A stretch of DNA of 64,000 bases from Verrucomicrobiota bacterium (GTDB lineage: Bacteria > Verrucomicrobiota > Verrucomicrobiia > Opitutales > Coraliomargaritaceae). The notes under the pieces were generated by a model that made no database searches, was not told the origin of the DNA, and was given only the letters and a program-made list of their open reading frames with translations. The stretch spans positions 207,920 through 271,919 of the forward strand of contig JBCBZJ010000002.1 of NCBI GenBank assembly GCA_039815375.1. Direction: 5' to 3'. The translations under genes and the position numbers were made by a program. Below, one piece after another: positions 18,721 through 30,391 of this stretch (position 1 is the first letter of the stretch; every line of letters begins with the position of its first letter).

Positions 18721-21700
18721 GTGAACCTGAAATCTTTATCCGTTTGGCTAATCTATTTCGCTAGCCTTACCATTCTCTCACCATCGCTCAGCCACGCTGC
18801 GCATCTGGTTGGTTTTGTCTCGGACCGTTCGGCTCCAGAGCTTTTAGGCGGGGCGCACCAGTTCTTGGACAACTATCCAGAGCACCGCATTACGCTTCGC
18901 AGCACCCACCAGTTGGCTGAGTTGACTGATTCTGAACTGAAGCAGTTGTTGGGTGATGCGGATGTTTTCCTCATGGTTGGAATTTTTGGCGAAGAGGTCG
19001 TTCGCCTTGAGTCTTTTTTGCAGAAGAACGAATTGGGCAAAGCATGTCATGTGATTGCGCTCAATGGCGACCGTCGACTGACTCGATTGGCGCGCGTTGA
19101 AGGTAAGCGGATTCTTGAAGATCTCAGTGTTGAAGAGCTTCAGGAAATCCATACTAACGCAGACTCAAGCACAGACGCGGCCACGCTGCTCAAGCAGAAA
19201 CTCAAGGAGTTTCCGGAACAGGCGCACTGGATCGAGGCGCGCGCCTACTGGCAATCGAAGGGGACGGATAATGTGGCAGAAATGTTTGCTTATCTCCTGA
19301 AGCACCGGGCCACAGGTTTAACGCCCAAGCCATTAAGACCGCAGGCGGCAATCCGCTATTTTCAAAAAGGAAATGCTATATCCGCCGCCGACCTTGACCT
19401 GAAAGCGGGCGAATCGGTCATCGCTATTCTCGACCTTAATTCAGGTGACAGTGCGGGTAAACGGGAGACGCTCATCGATATCGAGCAGCAGCTTGCGACA
19501 CATGGAGTCAACTCTTTCAGCGTGCTTGCCCGCTGGGGCAACTCCAGTGTGGAAGCATTAAAGAAATTGGAAGCAACGGCAGCTCCAGCTCGTATCGCTG
19601 GAATCATCGCTTTGCAGGACTTTGTGATCGGCGGTGGGTCAGGACGTGAATCCAGCGTTGAGGCTTTTAAGGCACTCAATGTTCCGGTCTATAAAGCCAT
19701 AAGGATGACAGAGACGACGGAAGCGCAATGGCGGCTTTCCGAGGCCGGCCTTCCCTGGGAAACAATCCACTATCGCATTGCGATGCCTGAGATTCAGGGA
19801 ATCAGCCAGCCAACAGTGGTGGCGGCGACGTCTAGCCCGAGCATCGACTCGATCACGGGCCTGCGCTTGGTGACGACGCTATCGATTGACTCCCAAATCG
19901 AATCCCTCGCTGAGCGTGTTCGTAATTGGAATCGGCTGAAGCACAAAGCGAATAAGGATAAGAAGATTGCTTTGATTTATTACAACCATCCCCCCGGCCG
20001 CCACAACATAGGCGCGGACAATCTCGACGTGCCCGCATCCATCTGGGAGTTACTGCACGACTTAAAGGCCGCTGGCTACGAGACCGGAGAGCTTCCGGAG
20101 TCGCCCGAAGAATTGTTGGATATGCTCCAGGAGAAGGGCGTCAACATGCCGGAAAACTATGAGCAGCTGGCTGCTTATGCGAAGCGCGTGACTACGGTTC
20201 GCGGAGAGCAATATCAGGCATGGTTCTCCGAATTGCCTGAGGTGATTCAACAGGAGATGCAATTCGGCGCTCTCGGCTATTTAGATGGAGTCATTCGACA
20301 GGCAGTAGAATCAAGGGAGATTTCGATCGGACAAAAACATCTGCACGCGGTGATTCACGATCTGGAGCATTTTGTTGAAGTGGTCGATCATCCGGCACGG
20401 GAGCGTGCGCTTGCTCTGATCGAACAGCTCGAGGAGCTCTATCATGAAACGCTGGAAGGAAACCCTCGATGGGATGAAGCTAAGAAGCACATCAAAGCGT
20501 TGGCCGGAATTGGTATCGAAGGCTTGCGCGGATGGGGCGAGGCACCGGGTAAGGTAATGGTGTATGACGGGGAGCTCGTTCTCCCAGGGTTGCGCTTTGG
20601 CAATATCTTCGTTGGGCCGCAGCCGCCGCGCGGTTGGGAAGTCGACGAGGAGATCCTACATGCCAATATGGCCGTTCCGCCGCCCCACCAATATCTGGCG
20701 CTGTATCTCTGGTTGAAGCGTGAGTTCGAGGCGGATGCACTGGTGCACTTGGGGCGTCACTCGACCTACGAGTTTTTGCCACGGCATCGAACTGGCCTTT
20801 CCGAGGTGGACTACCCTTCGATCATCGCCGGCAATCTTCCGGGGGTGTATCCTTACATCGTCGATGGTGTGGGAGAGGGGATCCAAGCCAAACGGCGTGG
20901 ACTGGCTGTTATGGTCGATCACTTAACTCCACCGCTTCAGACCACACCACTCTATGACGAGCTGCTGCAACTCAGGCAACTGGTCGAGAGCTACGAAGCC
21001 AATGAGCAGGCCGGTAATGCGCCGACTCAGTTACGCACTGGAAAGGCGATCCGCGAAAAAGTCGAGGTGCTGAACATGCAGGACGAGCTGATTAACGAGC
21101 TTAAGAAAGAACACCATCTTGACGATCTGACCTTTGCGAATGTCGACGATGACTTACTGATCCATGAGATCGGGCACCATTTGACTGAGATGCAGGAGCG
21201 CTTCATGCCGCTAGGCTTGCATATTTTCGGGCGTGATTGGAGTCAGGAGGCTATCGAGACCATGCTCAACTCCATCAATCCGAAAGGGGTGCCGGAAAGC
21301 ACTCGCGAGGCTTTGACGGTATCGCCATCCCACGAAAAACGCGCCTTCCTAAATGCTTTGGATGCGGGCTACGTCCTTCCAGGTAAGGGCAACGACCCGG
21401 TTCGCACGCCTGAGGCGATGCCAACAGGCCGGAACTTCCATGCACTGGACAGCGGGTTGCTTCCCACGAAGATAGCCTGGGATATTGCAGTTCAATTGAA
21501 CGAGCAGGAGAAGGCAAAAGGTAATGATCCCAACGAAAGTGCTGCGATTGTGCTCTGGGCATCGGATGTCGTGCGCGACGAAGGCGTGATGATTGCCTTG
21601 GGCATGGAGATGTTGGGCATTCAACCACAGTGGAATAGCCGCGGCATAGTTAAGGGTCTCGAGCGCCTTCCGCTGGACCCGGACTCTCGACCTTACCGGC

Positions 21701-23052
21701 TCGATACGGTCTTCACAATTTCCGGTCTGTTTCGCGATCTTTACGGGCAACAAGTTGTCTGGCTCGACACCGCGGTTCTGATGGCATTGGACGGCTCTAG
21801 TAAGACGATCGCTGAAAAACACCCCGGCTTGAAAGCGGCACTGGAGGCAGCGCTTGAGCCGCTCGGCGAGGCCCGAGAGCCCGGCAGCGAATCGCTGGAG
21901 CACAACATTGTCGCGGCGCACTGGGCTCAATCCACGCTTGAACAGATTGAAGGTGACACCCCTCCAGGTATGGCTGGAACTCAAGCGATCCTCCGTTTGT
22001 TTGGTGCCCCTCCCGGTGGTTACGGCGCAGGCGTCAATCGTATTGTCGAGCGCTCGGGAGCGTGGGAAACACGTGCTGAAGTTGCGGAGGTGTATTTGCG
22101 CGGAATGGGGCACACTTATGGTATCGAAAAAGAAGGTGCGCCTGCCCACAGCAGCTTTGAGCGACAGTTGGCAAAGGTTGGTCAGACCTATTTGGGGCGA
22201 GCCAGCAACCTCTACGGCCTGATGGATAACAATGATGCATTTGACTACCTCGGTGGCCTGAGCATGGCGATCGAGAGCATTCAGGGCGAAGCTCCGAACA
22301 ACAATGTCATTCACCATAACAATGTGAACGATCTGAAGATAGAACCTCTGGAGCGTGCTTTGCTTGGCGAGCTACGTGGCCGATTCTTGAACCCCGCTTG
22401 GCTAAAGCCGCTTATGGCTCACGACTATGCAGGTGCGCGAACCATGGGCAGCGAGTTTTTAGAATACCTTTGGGGCTGGCAGGTGACGAATCCTGAGATC
22501 GTGAAAACCTGGGTTTGGGACGAGGTGCATGACGTTTACTTCAAAGATCGTCATGGTCTCGGACTCGATGAATTTCTTGAAGAGGGTAATAATGTGCACG
22601 TTAAGATCAACATGCAGGCGATTCTTCTGGTGGCTGCAGATAAAGCGTTCTGGGAGGCCGATCCTGAAACCCTGCAGCAGTTGAGTCAGGAGTTCACGGA
22701 GCTCGTCATAGAGCACGGCCTGCCTGGGAGTGGTCACACGCGCCCTGATCATCCGATCTTCAAATCAATCATGCCTCGCTTGAGCGAGGATATGCAGGCA
22801 GCACTACAGGCCGTTCTCGATAAGGCGTTGCCTCCGGAAAGCTCTGAAGAAGAGGCAGAAGTTCCGTCTACCTTGGCGGAAATTGATACGGTCGATGCTC
22901 CTACCCGAACAGAGGCCGCTCAGCCGCAGGAACAGACGACTGAGGCGTCGATCGATCAGATGACAATTCGGGTTGCGATCGGAGTTCTTGTTGCGCTGTT
23001 CTTGTTTGGTGCTCTTCGTGGAAGGTTCCTATCTGGAATTAAGGGAAAATGA
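18721..23052 (+). CDS. CobN/Mg-chelatase H-family protein, exported and membrane-anchored (BtuS/HmuS-like)
   Basis: [47 protein letters not shown] motifs; N-terminal signal-like segment and C-terminal TM helix. Confidence 0.9.
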   Translation: MNLKSLSVWLIYFASLTILSPSLSHAAHLVGFVSDRSAPELLGGAHQFLDNYPEHRITLRSTHQLAELTDSELKQLLGDADVFLMVGIFGEEVVRLESFLQKNELGKACHVIALNGDRRLTRLARVEGKRILEDLSVEELQEIHTNADSSTDAATLLKQKLKEFPEQAHWIEARAYWQSKGTDNVAEMFAYLLKHRATGLTPKPLRPQAAIRYFQKGNAISAADLDLKAGESVIAILDLNSGDSAGKRETLIDIEQQLATHGVNSFSVLARWGNSSVEALKKLEATAAPARIAGIIALQDFVIGGGSGRESSVEAFKALNVPVYKAIRMTETTEAQWRLSEAGLPWETIHYRIAMPEIQGISQPTVVAATSSPSIDSITGLRLVTTLSIDSQIESLAERVRNWNRLKHKANKDKKIALIYYNHPPGRHNIGADNLDVPASIWELLHDLKAAGYETGELPESPEELLDMLQEKGVNMPENYEQLAAYAKRVTTVRGEQYQAWFSELPEVIQQEMQFGALGYLDGVIRQAVESREISIGQKHLHAVIHDLEHFVEVVDHPARERALALIEQLEELYHETLEGNPRWDEAKKHIKALAGIGIEGLRGWGEAPGKVMVYDGELVLPGLRFGNIFVGPQPPRGWEVDEEILHANMAVPPPHQYLALYLWLKREFEADALVHLGRHSTYEFLPRHRTGLSEVDYPSIIAGNLPGVYPYIVDGVGEGIQAKRRGLAVMVDHLTPPLQTTPLYDELLQLRQLVESYEANEQAGNAPTQLRTGKAIREKVEVLNMQDELINELKKEHHLDDLTFANVDDDLLIHEIGHHLTEMQERFMPLGLHIFGRDWSQEAIETMLNSINPKGVPESTREALTVSPSHEKRAFLNALDAGYVLPGKGNDPVRTPEAMPTGRNFHALDSGLLPTKIAWDIAVQLNEQEKAKGNDPNESAAIVLWASDVVRDEGVMIALGMEMLGIQPQWNSRGIVKGLERLPLDPDSRPYRLDTVFTISGLFRDLYGQQVVWLDTAVLMALDGSSKTIAEKHPGLKAALEAALEPLGEAREPGSESLEHNIVAAHWAQSTLEQIEGDTPPGMAGTQAILRLFGAPPGGYGAGVNRIVERSGAWETRAEVAEVYLRGMGHTYGIEKEGAPAHSSFERQLAKVGQTYLGRASNLYGLMDNNDAFDYLGGLSMAIESIQGEAPNNNVIHHNNVNDLKIEPLERALLGELRGRFLNPAWLKPLMAHDYAGARTMGSEFLEYLWGWQVTNPEIVKTWVWDEVHDVYFKDRHGLGLDEFLEEGNNVHVKINMQAILLVAADKAFWEADPETLQQLSQEFTELVIEHGLPGSGHTRPDHPIFKSIMPRLSEDMQAALQAVLDKALPPESSEEEAEVPSTLAEIDTVDAPTRTEAAQPQEQTTEASIDQMTIRVAIGVLVALFLFGALRGRFLSGIKGK

Positions 23053-23480
23053 TGTTACCGGAATTTTTACACCTTATCGTCTCGTGGCTATTGGTCCCGG
23101 TTATCAGCTGCTTGCTTATTGCGGCAGCTTTCTCGGTTTATGAGTTGGGGCTTGCGTTTGGTGAACGCTTTGGAGGTCTGAGGCAGTGGCATGAACTCAG
23201 TATCGAAAAGATTGAGAAGATGGCGCGACGCCGCATTGACCGGGCAGACCTGATTGCGCGGCTTGCACCGATGCTGGGCTTGATGGGAACACTGATCCCA
23301 CTTGGGCCGGGTCTCGCCGCTCTGGGGCGTGGCGATGTAGCCGTGCTCGCATCTGCTGTGACTGTGGCATTCGATACGACAGTCATCGGGTTGTTTGCCG
23401 GAGGCATTGGCTTTCTCTTGTCCCGCCTACGGCGGCGCTGGTATGATAAAATCCTCGATGAAAAGGAGAACCGGTTGTGA
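23049..23480 (+). CDS. MotA/TolQ/ExbB proton-channel family protein
   Basis: [14 protein letters not shown] and AFDTT..GL motifs. Confidence 0.88.
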   Translation: MMLPEFLHLIVSWLLVPVISCLLIAAAFSVYELGLAFGERFGGLRQWHELSIEKIEKMARRRIDRADLIARLAPMLGLMGTLIPLGPGLAALGRGDVAVLASAVTVAFDTTVIGLFAGGIGFLLSRLRRRWYDKILDEKENRL

Positions 23481-23773
23481 GGCGGCGTAACTGGGAAAAA
23501 AGCCGTTTTGAGACCGACGCTGTTGATCCCATGGATTCGATGGCCAACCTGGTTGATGTTATGCTGGTCTTTGCCTGTGGCCTGATTGCGGCGCTGGTCG
23601 TCAGCCAGGGAGGACTGAAGCAGAAAGAGGCTTTGCAACCTAAGGAGATCGAGAAGAAACAGGAACTCCCCGAGATGCCGCAAGGTGTCGGAGCAGGTGG
23701 CGAGGGCTACGAACCGGTGGGGCAGGTCTACAAAGACCCGACAACGGGGAAGCTCATTCTAATCAGCGAGTAG
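23477..23773 (+). CDS. DUF2149 family (ExbD-like single-TM) protein
   Basis: [20 protein letters not shown] and G.VYKDP.TGKL motifs. Confidence 0.8.
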   Translation: MRRRNWEKSRFETDAVDPMDSMANLVDVMLVFACGLIAALVVSQGGLKQKEALQPKEIEKKQELPEMPQGVGAGGEGYEPVGQVYKDPTTGKLILISE

Positions 23774-23918
23774 CCTGCGTTGCCTTCTCTTCAGCGGTTC
23801 CTTCTATTAGTTTTCAAATTTTTAATTTGTATTGACATTAATTAATCTTATCAAAAAAATTACTTATTAGCGATTAAAGCCAAGTGCTTTGCGCTGAATG
23901 TTCTTATCCAGATTCTAT

Positions 23919-24091
23919 GCGATGCAGACTCAGGAAACGCCGTGAAAACCGGCGACAGTCGCGCTACGGTAACAAGTCACAAATCCGCGTCTAGAGCTGG
24001 CAGCTCTAGACACTCTACAGTCGTGGAATAGGAAAAGGCTGCCTCTTCGAAGAGGCTACAAACTTGGAGTCCGGCCACTGACTGCATTCGC
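23919..24091 (+). ncRNA. cobalamin riboswitch, extended form
   Basis: AGGAAACGCCGTGAAAACCGGCGACAGTCGCGCTACGGTAA ... GGAAAAGG ... GAGTCCGGCCACTG; closing stem GCGATGCAG/CTGCATTCGC; TTGACA at 23832; lies upstream of btuB. Confidence 0.8.
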
Positions 24092-24268
24092 CCGTCTCGG
24101 AAATTCCTTTTCCAACATCCTGTCGCAGAAGCAGGAGTCATGACTAGTATTCATTCACTAGGTTCATCAGTATTCAATTAGCACTGTCTAATCGCTGATC
24201 GGACCTCGAGTAGTGTTGTTTGAGTCCGTTTTGGCCTTCTTTTGCGCAGGCCGAAATCAAACAACAAC

Positions 24269-26191
24269 ATGAAAATCAATACACGCAAAATACCGTCCAT
24301 ATCGAATCCGGTTTTAGCAGCTAGTGCTGTAACAATAAATGCGCTCGCCAGCTATTGGAGCCATGGATTTAGACTGGCAGGTGTCGCTGGATGCTTTGTT
24401 GCATCGAGTTTCCCCGGTCTCGCCGCAGAGAAGGTCTATGAACTTGAAGAGTTCGTTGTAACAGCAACAAAAACAGAAACGCGAATCAATGAAATTGGCT
24501 CCAGTATCACTGTTTTGAACAGCGATACCCTCGAAAGAAGAGGTTACATAAGCGTCTTTGAAGCAATAGGTTCCATTCCCGGTGTTTCCACTACTCGAAA
24601 CGGGGGGCCAGGGACTTCGGAAGGTATTAACATTCGTGGTATGGATGCGAACCAGACCCTTATTCTTGTAGACGGTTTTGAGTTAAACGATAGCTCCCAG
24701 ACCAGCGGGGTTTTAAACTTGGGGACGATTCCTGTTGATTTGATTGAGCGAATAGAAGTTTTACGTGGGCCTCAAAGCATGGCCTACGGATCCGATGCAA
24801 TGGCGGGCGTTATCAATATCATAACGAAGCAGGGTGACGGCGATCCTCAGCACCAACTCAATCTGGAGCGTGGTAGTTTCGGAACGGGTAAGGCAAGCTT
24901 CACATCGCGTGGTAGCATTAACAAATGGGACTACTCCTTACTTGCATCTATATTCGAGACTGAAGGGTTTTCAGCGTCCTCTGAGCCAGGTCAAGAAGAT
25001 GACGATGACTATGAAAATGCGGTCCTCCAAGGAAACTTGGCTTATAACTTAAACCAGAACGCACGAATCTCGACCTTCATCACAAGGCAGAAATCAACTT
25101 TCGATTTCGACAATCCAGTGAACTCTTTTGGTCGGAGCGAGAATGCCCTATGGGGCTTGCGTGGAGATTTTGTTCTTCTGGACGAAGCACTTACTTTAAA
25201 GCCTCAAATAAGCTTAACCGATTCCGAAAACATTAGCAGTGGTTCCTCTGTGTCGACCACAGAAGGACGTTCGATAAACGTCTTTTTAGATAGTGAGTAT
25301 CGTTTGAGTGAGATGTGGACCCTGTATGGCGGAGTCGACTATCAGGAAGACGATGCCAAGGCCGACGATTATGAGAATACGAGGGATAACATCTCAGGTT
25401 TTCTTCAGGTAGGTTACGCCGCGGATGAAGTATTGTTCCTGACATTAGGCGGACGATTCGATGACAATAGTGACTTCGGCGATAAAGCGACTTGGCGTGC
25501 GACCGCAAATTATGTCTTTGAAGAAACGAAAACCCGCATCTTCGGCACATATGGCACCGGGTTCCGAGCGCCCACATTAGCGGAGCAATTCGGAACTTTT
25601 GGCGGATTTGCTATCATCAATCCTGACCTTACGGCAGAGTTTAGCCGCGGGTTTGATTTTGGTGTAGAGCAAGAGTTTCTTTCCGGAAAGCTCGTCGGAA
25701 ACGTGACCTATTTTAACAACAACGTTGATGATCAAATCGCGTTTGTCTTTGTTGCCTTCCCAGGCCAGTTCCAAAATGTCGACGAAGTGGAAACGCAGGG
25801 GGCTGAAGTCAGCCTCTCGTATTACCCAACAGATAGTTTATTCTTCAGCGCAAATTACACTTACACCGATGCTGAAGATAAGACAACAGGTCTTCAATTA
25901 GGACGGCGCCCGGAGCACCAAGCTTATATTGAAGGTAATTGGACTCTAAAGGAAAATAAGCTTATGCTCAACATTCGGTTATCCTACATCGGATCTCGTT
26001 TCGATAGAGCGAATGAGGTCGATGAAATGGGCGGTTACAGTGTCGTTGATTCAAAGATCAGTTACCAGCTTTCGGATTCAATGAAGGTTTATTTACGAGT
26101 GGATAATGTATTTGATCGAGAATACGAGAATATCAGGGATTTCGCTACACCTGAGCGTAGTGCCTATCTTGGTCTTAGCTATTCTTTCTAG
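24269..26191 (+). CDS. btuB: TonB-dependent cobalamin receptor
   Basis: TonB box EFVVTAT, plug IERIEVLRGPQS..YG..A..GVINIIT, C-terminal LSYSF; riboswitch and btu context. Confidence 0.85.
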   Translation: MKINTRKIPSISNPVLAASAVTINALASYWSHGFRLAGVAGCFVASSFPGLAAEKVYELEEFVVTATKTETRINEIGSSITVLNSDTLERRGYISVFEAIGSIPGVSTTRNGGPGTSEGINIRGMDANQTLILVDGFELNDSSQTSGVLNLGTIPVDLIERIEVLRGPQSMAYGSDAMAGVINIITKQGDGDPQHQLNLERGSFGTGKASFTSRGSINKWDYSLLASIFETEGFSASSEPGQEDDDDYENAVLQGNLAYNLNQNARISTFITRQKSTFDFDNPVNSFGRSENALWGLRGDFVLLDEALTLKPQISLTDSENISSGSSVSTTEGRSINVFLDSEYRLSEMWTLYGGVDYQEDDAKADDYENTRDNISGFLQVGYAADEVLFLTLGGRFDDNSDFGDKATWRATANYVFEETKTRIFGTYGTGFRAPTLAEQFGTFGGFAIINPDLTAEFSRGFDFGVEQEFLSGKLVGNVTYFNNNVDDQIAFVFVAFPGQFQNVDEVETQGAEVSLSYYPTDSLFFSANYTYTDAEDKTTGLQLGRRPEHQAYIEGNWTLKENKLMLNIRLSYIGSRFDRANEVDEMGGYSVVDSKISYQLSDSMKVYLRVDNVFDREYENIRDFATPERSAYLGLSYSF

Positions 26192-26350
26192 TAGGGCTTT
26201 GATGTTGCCACTTTTACGATTGAAAAAGGAGGGTTCCTTTCGCCGGCAGCTCTCTTTCCACTCCGATTTTCTATGTTCCATGATTGTCAAGGTATTCAAG
26301 TGTTGGTGCTTTTGGTTCTGAGGAGATCTTTCGATTTGCACTCACTGATT

Positions 26351-27241
26351 ATGAAACATGCTGCATTGTTCTTTCTGTTCGGACTCTTGCTCTCTGCTTG
26401 CTCGCCTGATGTTCAAAAGACCATACCGAAGAACCCCCAGCGAATCGTGTCGCTTGCGCCCAGCATTACCGAATGCATCCATGGAGCTGGGGCGACTGAC
26501 CGTCTGGTTGGGGTGACGCGCTACTGTGATTATCCTGGGTCGATTAGTGGACTTCCCCGAATTGGGGGAATGACGGATACGAACTTCGAGGCGGTTTATA
26601 AGCTCAAGCCGGATTTAATCATCGTTCAGGAGGAGCACAATGCCAGCGCGGAGCGGCTCGATTCGCTCGGTATTCCCTACCTTATCATCAACACATCCAC
26701 CATCCCGGATATTTTCGAAAGTCTCCGTTTACTGGGTGGTGTTTTTCAAACGGAAGCCGCCGCTGAAGCGACGATTCGCCGGTTGGAACGCCGCATGGCG
26801 GAGATCGCTGAGATCACGAAAGATGCGCCGAAGCGCAAGGTCCTTATCTCGGTCGGGCGGAACATGGGCACAGGAGGATTGAGCGACGTTTATGTTGCAG
26901 GCAGAACAACACTTTACAACGAGATGCTTGAGTTGATCGGGGCCGAGAACGTTTACTCAGGAAATTTGAAATATGCGCGACTTTCCAGTGAAGGGATTCT
27001 GCGTTTGGAACCTGATGTAGTCATTGACCTCATTCCGGACCTTGAGAAATCGGTGAAGATGAGTGCCCGGCAGGTGCAGTCTGAATGGGACGATCTGGTT
27101 GCTATTCCGGCAGTGCAAAACGGCGAGGTCTACGTCTTTGGAGATGACTATGTCTGCGTGCCAGGACCACGTTTTATTCTGGTGCTCGATGATATCGCGC
27201 GTGTCGTTCATCCCGGGCTCTTTGCGGAGGTGGTGGAGTGA
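26351..27241 (+). CDS. btuF: cobalamin ABC transporter substrate-binding lipoprotein
   Basis: LLSAC lipobox, RIVSLAPSITE, GVTRYCDYP, PGPR. Confidence 0.85.
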   Translation: MKHAALFFLFGLLLSACSPDVQKTIPKNPQRIVSLAPSITECIHGAGATDRLVGVTRYCDYPGSISGLPRIGGMTDTNFEAVYKLKPDLIIVQEEHNASAERLDSLGIPYLIINTSTIPDIFESLRLLGGVFQTEAAAEATIRRLERRMAEIAEITKDAPKRKVLISVGRNMGTGGLSDVYVAGRTTLYNEMLELIGAENVYSGNLKYARLSSEGILRLEPDVVIDLIPDLEKSVKMSARQVQSEWDDLVAIPAVQNGEVYVFGDDYVCVPGPRFILVLDDIARVVHPGLFAEVVE

Positions 27242-28038
27242 GCCAGCCATCCAGCCTTTCAGCCATACAGGTCGAAGGCCTCAGGCTTCAGATGTCCGGG
27301 GAAACGATTCTGGAAAACGTCTCATTCGAAGTCGGGAAGGGCGAGTTTTTCTCCATTATTGGCCCGAATGGAGCGGGTAAGACTTCGCTGATAAAATGTC
27401 TTGGGCGTATCCATAATCATTGGACGGGACGTGTTTACATCAACGGCCAGGACCTACAGGCTTTTTCCCAACGAGATCTGGCGCGCTTTCTAAGTTACGT
27501 GCCACAGGCCGAAGGCCGGACTCTGCCGTTTAGCGTTTTTGAGTTTGTGCTGATGGGGCGCTACCCGCACCTCTCACCCTTTAGCACGATCAGTATCAAA
27601 GATCGGGAGGTAGTCACATCCATACTGGACCTCGCCGGCCTTACTGAGTTCAGCGACCGCCGTATGGACACTCTCAGTGGAGGTGAGCGGCAGATGGTTT
27701 TCATCGCGGCGGCACTTGCACAGGGAGCGGAAACGCTCCTACTGGATGAGCCCACCGCATTTCTTGACTACCGGCACCAGGTGCAAGTCTCCGAGTTATT
27801 GAGGCGGCTGAACAAGGAAAATAAAATTACGGTTATTTCCATCAGTCACGACATCAATGCTGCCTGTGCACAAAGCACTCGTGTGATGGCTATGAAGGAC
27901 GGCACCTGCCTGTTTGTCGAAACGCCGGAGAATACGATGAATTCCGACCGCCTTCAGGGGCTTTATGATACATCCTTCCTTATTGCTGATCACCCAGCCG
28001 GAATGGGACGGATCGCACTCATGGAGAAGCAAGCATGA
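27238..28038 (+). CDS. btuD: cobalamin/iron ABC transporter ATP-binding protein
   Basis: GPNGAGKT, LSGGERQ, LLLDEPT, SHD. Confidence 0.88.
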   Translation: MSQPSSLSAIQVEGLRLQMSGETILENVSFEVGKGEFFSIIGPNGAGKTSLIKCLGRIHNHWTGRVYINGQDLQAFSQRDLARFLSYVPQAEGRTLPFSVFEFVLMGRYPHLSPFSTISIKDREVVTSILDLAGLTEFSDRRMDTLSGGERQMVFIAAALAQGAETLLLDEPTAFLDYRHQVQVSELLRRLNKENKITVISISHDINAACAQSTRVMAMKDGTCLFVETPENTMNSDRLQGLYDTSFLIADHPAGMGRIALMEKQA

Positions 28039-29024
28039 GGAAGTCGGTCATATTGATCAATATGGGACTGGTTGCTTTCGTCAGCTTGCTTATCGCGCCG
28101 ATGGTGGGTATGGCTTTTATTCCTATAAACGAGCTCTGGCAAGCACCTGGTAGCACCGATGCAGGTATCCTTCGTGATATCCGTATCCCTCGCGTGCTGA
28201 CCGCATTTACCGTAGGCGGCGCACTCGCCTTGAGCGGGATGACCTTTCAGGCCATGTTTCGTAATCCGCTGGCGACTCCTTTCACCTTGGGCACGGCGAG
28301 TGGTGCTTCGCTCGGTGCAGCGATCTATATTCGCCTCGGGTTGACTTTCTCGCTTCTGGGAATTTCGGGCATTATCTTTGCCGCGTTTGCCGGAAGTTTG
28401 TTGGCGGTTGTGTTCGTCTATGGTTTGACCCGTCTGAAGAGCGGTTTCTCATCGGCAACCCTTTTACTGGCTGGGGTGGCTGTCAGCTTCTTCTTTTCCA
28501 GCCTGATACTCTTTATCCAATATATCAGCGGTTTTACCAACTCCTTCCGGATTCTTCGCTGGATGATGGGCTCGGTTGATTTGATGGGCTACGATGGGCT
28601 GCTTAATATGCTGCCCTTGATTTTGATTGGTTTGCTGATCGTTCTTTTTAGTTCGAATGAGCTCAATCTCTTGATGACCGGCGATGACATTGCGGCCAGT
28701 CGTGGTGTGAATGTAAACCGGACGAAGAAGGTTCTTTTTACCGCCACTTCTTTGATGGTGGGAGGTGTGGTGGCCTTTTGCGGGCCGATTGGGTTTATCG
28801 GTATGATCGCGCCGCACATCAGCCGTCTTTTAATCGGTAGTAATCACCGTATTTTGATTCCTGCGACGATCCTGTTTGGAGGCACATTCCTTCTGATTTG
28901 TGATACGCTGGCCCGCACGCTCATTGCACCGGTGGAGATACCCGTTGGGGTCCTTACGGCTTTGATCGGTGGCCCCTTCTTCATTGTCTTGCTGCTCAAT
29001 CGGAAGGGAGGACTGGGGCTGTGA
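28035..29024 (+). CDS. btuC: cobalamin/iron ABC transporter permease (FecCD family)
   Basis: IRIPR, FRNPLATP..LG, G.IGFIG.IAPH, EIPVG. Confidence 0.88.
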   Translation: MRKSVILINMGLVAFVSLLIAPMVGMAFIPINELWQAPGSTDAGILRDIRIPRVLTAFTVGGALALSGMTFQAMFRNPLATPFTLGTASGASLGAAIYIRLGLTFSLLGISGIIFAAFAGSLLAVVFVYGLTRLKSGFSSATLLLAGVAVSFFFSSLILFIQYISGFTNSFRILRWMMGSVDLMGYDGLLNMLPLILIGLLIVLFSSNELNLLMTGDDIAASRGVNVNRTKKVLFTATSLMVGGVVAFCGPIGFIGMIAPHISRLLIGSNHRILIPATILFGGTFLLICDTLARTLIAPVEIPVGVLTALIGGPFFIVLLLNRKGGLGL

Positions 29025-29097
29025 ATATTGGCTTACCAGTTGCCATACCATCTGCGTATTTCGGTATCAGCAACCATCGTAACGGAGGGTCAAAGCC

Positions 29098-29874
29098 ATG
29101 ATGAAAGGGCGCTTCCCATTCCGCTTAGGCACGACCTCGTTTATCCTGCGTGACGACATCCTGCCCAATGTTCACTATCTGAAGGATCGGGTGGATCACG
29201 TCGAACTACTCGTGTTTGAGACTGATGCTAGCTATCCTTATCCGAATCGTGAAACGGTCGCCGAACTTCAGGCGATCGGTGCCGAGCATGAGACGACTTA
29301 CACGGTGCACTTGCCAATCGGTATCAAGCTCGGCTCGTCTGATGAGAAGCGGCGCCGCAAAGATGTCGACGCAGTTCTCCGAGCATATGAGGCCATGCGG
29401 GCGCTTTCTCCGATTGCCTGGGATCTTCACCTCGAACGCAATGATAATAGACCGCACGATGGCCTGGCCTGGCAAGCGGCTTGTCTAAAGTCCTTGGACG
29501 AGCTGAAGGCAGGCGGTTTGGATCCGGCGCAGACCGGCATCGAGACACTCGAATTCGATTTTACAGAGACGGTTCCGCTACTGGACGCCACCGGTTTCGC
29601 CATCACGCTCGATATTGGTCATGTTTGGTATCGTGATTATGATGAAGCAAAATACCTGGAGCTCTACTTGCCCCGTGCGGTCAGTATACATCTGCATGGC
29701 TTCAACCAGGAGCGCGACCACAAGGGGCTGCAACATGTCCCGCGCCCACGGCTCGAGCGTTTCCTTGATGCCGTCGCAAAACATCCGCAGGCTAGCAAAT
29801 TGCCGGTCTCCGTTGAAGTGTTTGATCCGGACAGCTTTAACCAATCGATGGAGACTCTGAATGAAATCGCCTAA
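29098..29874 (+). CDS. cbiR: cobamide remodelling phosphodiesterase (AP-endonuclease-2/TIM-barrel fold)
   Basis: FRLGTTSFI, VELLVFE, TVHLP, TLDIGH, IHLHG...DH, VEVF; directly upstream of cobU-cobT-cobS. Confidence 0.8.
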   Translation: MMKGRFPFRLGTTSFILRDDILPNVHYLKDRVDHVELLVFETDASYPYPNRETVAELQAIGAEHETTYTVHLPIGIKLGSSDEKRRRKDVDAVLRAYEAMRALSPIAWDLHLERNDNRPHDGLAWQAACLKSLDELKAGGLDPAQTGIETLEFDFTETVPLLDATGFAITLDIGHVWYRDYDEAKYLELYLPRAVSIHLHGFNQERDHKGLQHVPRPRLERFLDAVAKHPQASKLPVSVEVFDPDSFNQSMETLNEIA

Positions 29875-30391
29875 AGTATTACTTGTTACCGGTGGGAGTC
29901 GGAGTGGTAAAACTGCCTATGCGCTTCAGCGGGCTATGGAGTATGAGCGCCGCATCTATCTCGCTACGGCCGAGCCGGTCGATTCGGAGATGGAAGACCG
30001 GATTACCCGCCATCAGCAGGAGCGGGGAGGGGATTTTACCACTATGGAGGAGCCTATCGATCTCTCTGGTGCATTGCGGCGCGTGCCAGAGGATGCTGAA
30101 GTTGTGCTTGTCGACTGCATGACGGTCTGGCTCGGAAATCTCATGCACCACCAAGGCGTGCAAGCAGATCCCTACGACGCGGTGAACCAATTCCTGGCTG
30201 CACTTAAGAAGCCTCCCTGCAATCTCATTATCGTAACCAATGAGGTTGGCTCTGGAATCATTCCGCATGATCCCATGACCCGGACCTATCGTGATCACGC
30301 GGGCTGGCTGAATCAGGATATCGCAAAAATTGCCGCCGAAGTCGTACTTGTAGCCTGTGGTCTTCCACTCGTTTTGAAGGAGTGTAGATGA
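29861..30391 (+). CDS. cobU: adenosylcobinamide kinase/adenosylcobinamide-phosphate guanylyltransferase
   Basis: [33 protein letters not shown]. Confidence 0.93.
   Translation: MKSPKVLLVTGGSRSGKTAYALQRAMEYERRIYLATAEPVDSEMEDRITRHQQERGGDFTTMEEPIDLSGALRRVPEDAEVVLVDCMTVWLGNLMHHQGVQADPYDAVNQFLAALKKPPCNLIIVTNEVGSGIIPHDPMTRTYRDHAGWLNQDIAKIAAEVVLVACGLPLVLKECR

Noticed and set aside
21349..22317. 322-aa antisense ORF (also 62160-63311, 47513-48232 and similar)
   Set aside because: Shadow frames opposite well-supported genes, with no recognisable motifs.
18721..23052. De novo aerobic B12 synthesis inferred from cobN
   Set aside because: No precorrin methyltransferases or CobST here, and the protein looks exported; genes elsewhere in the genome cannot be excluded.
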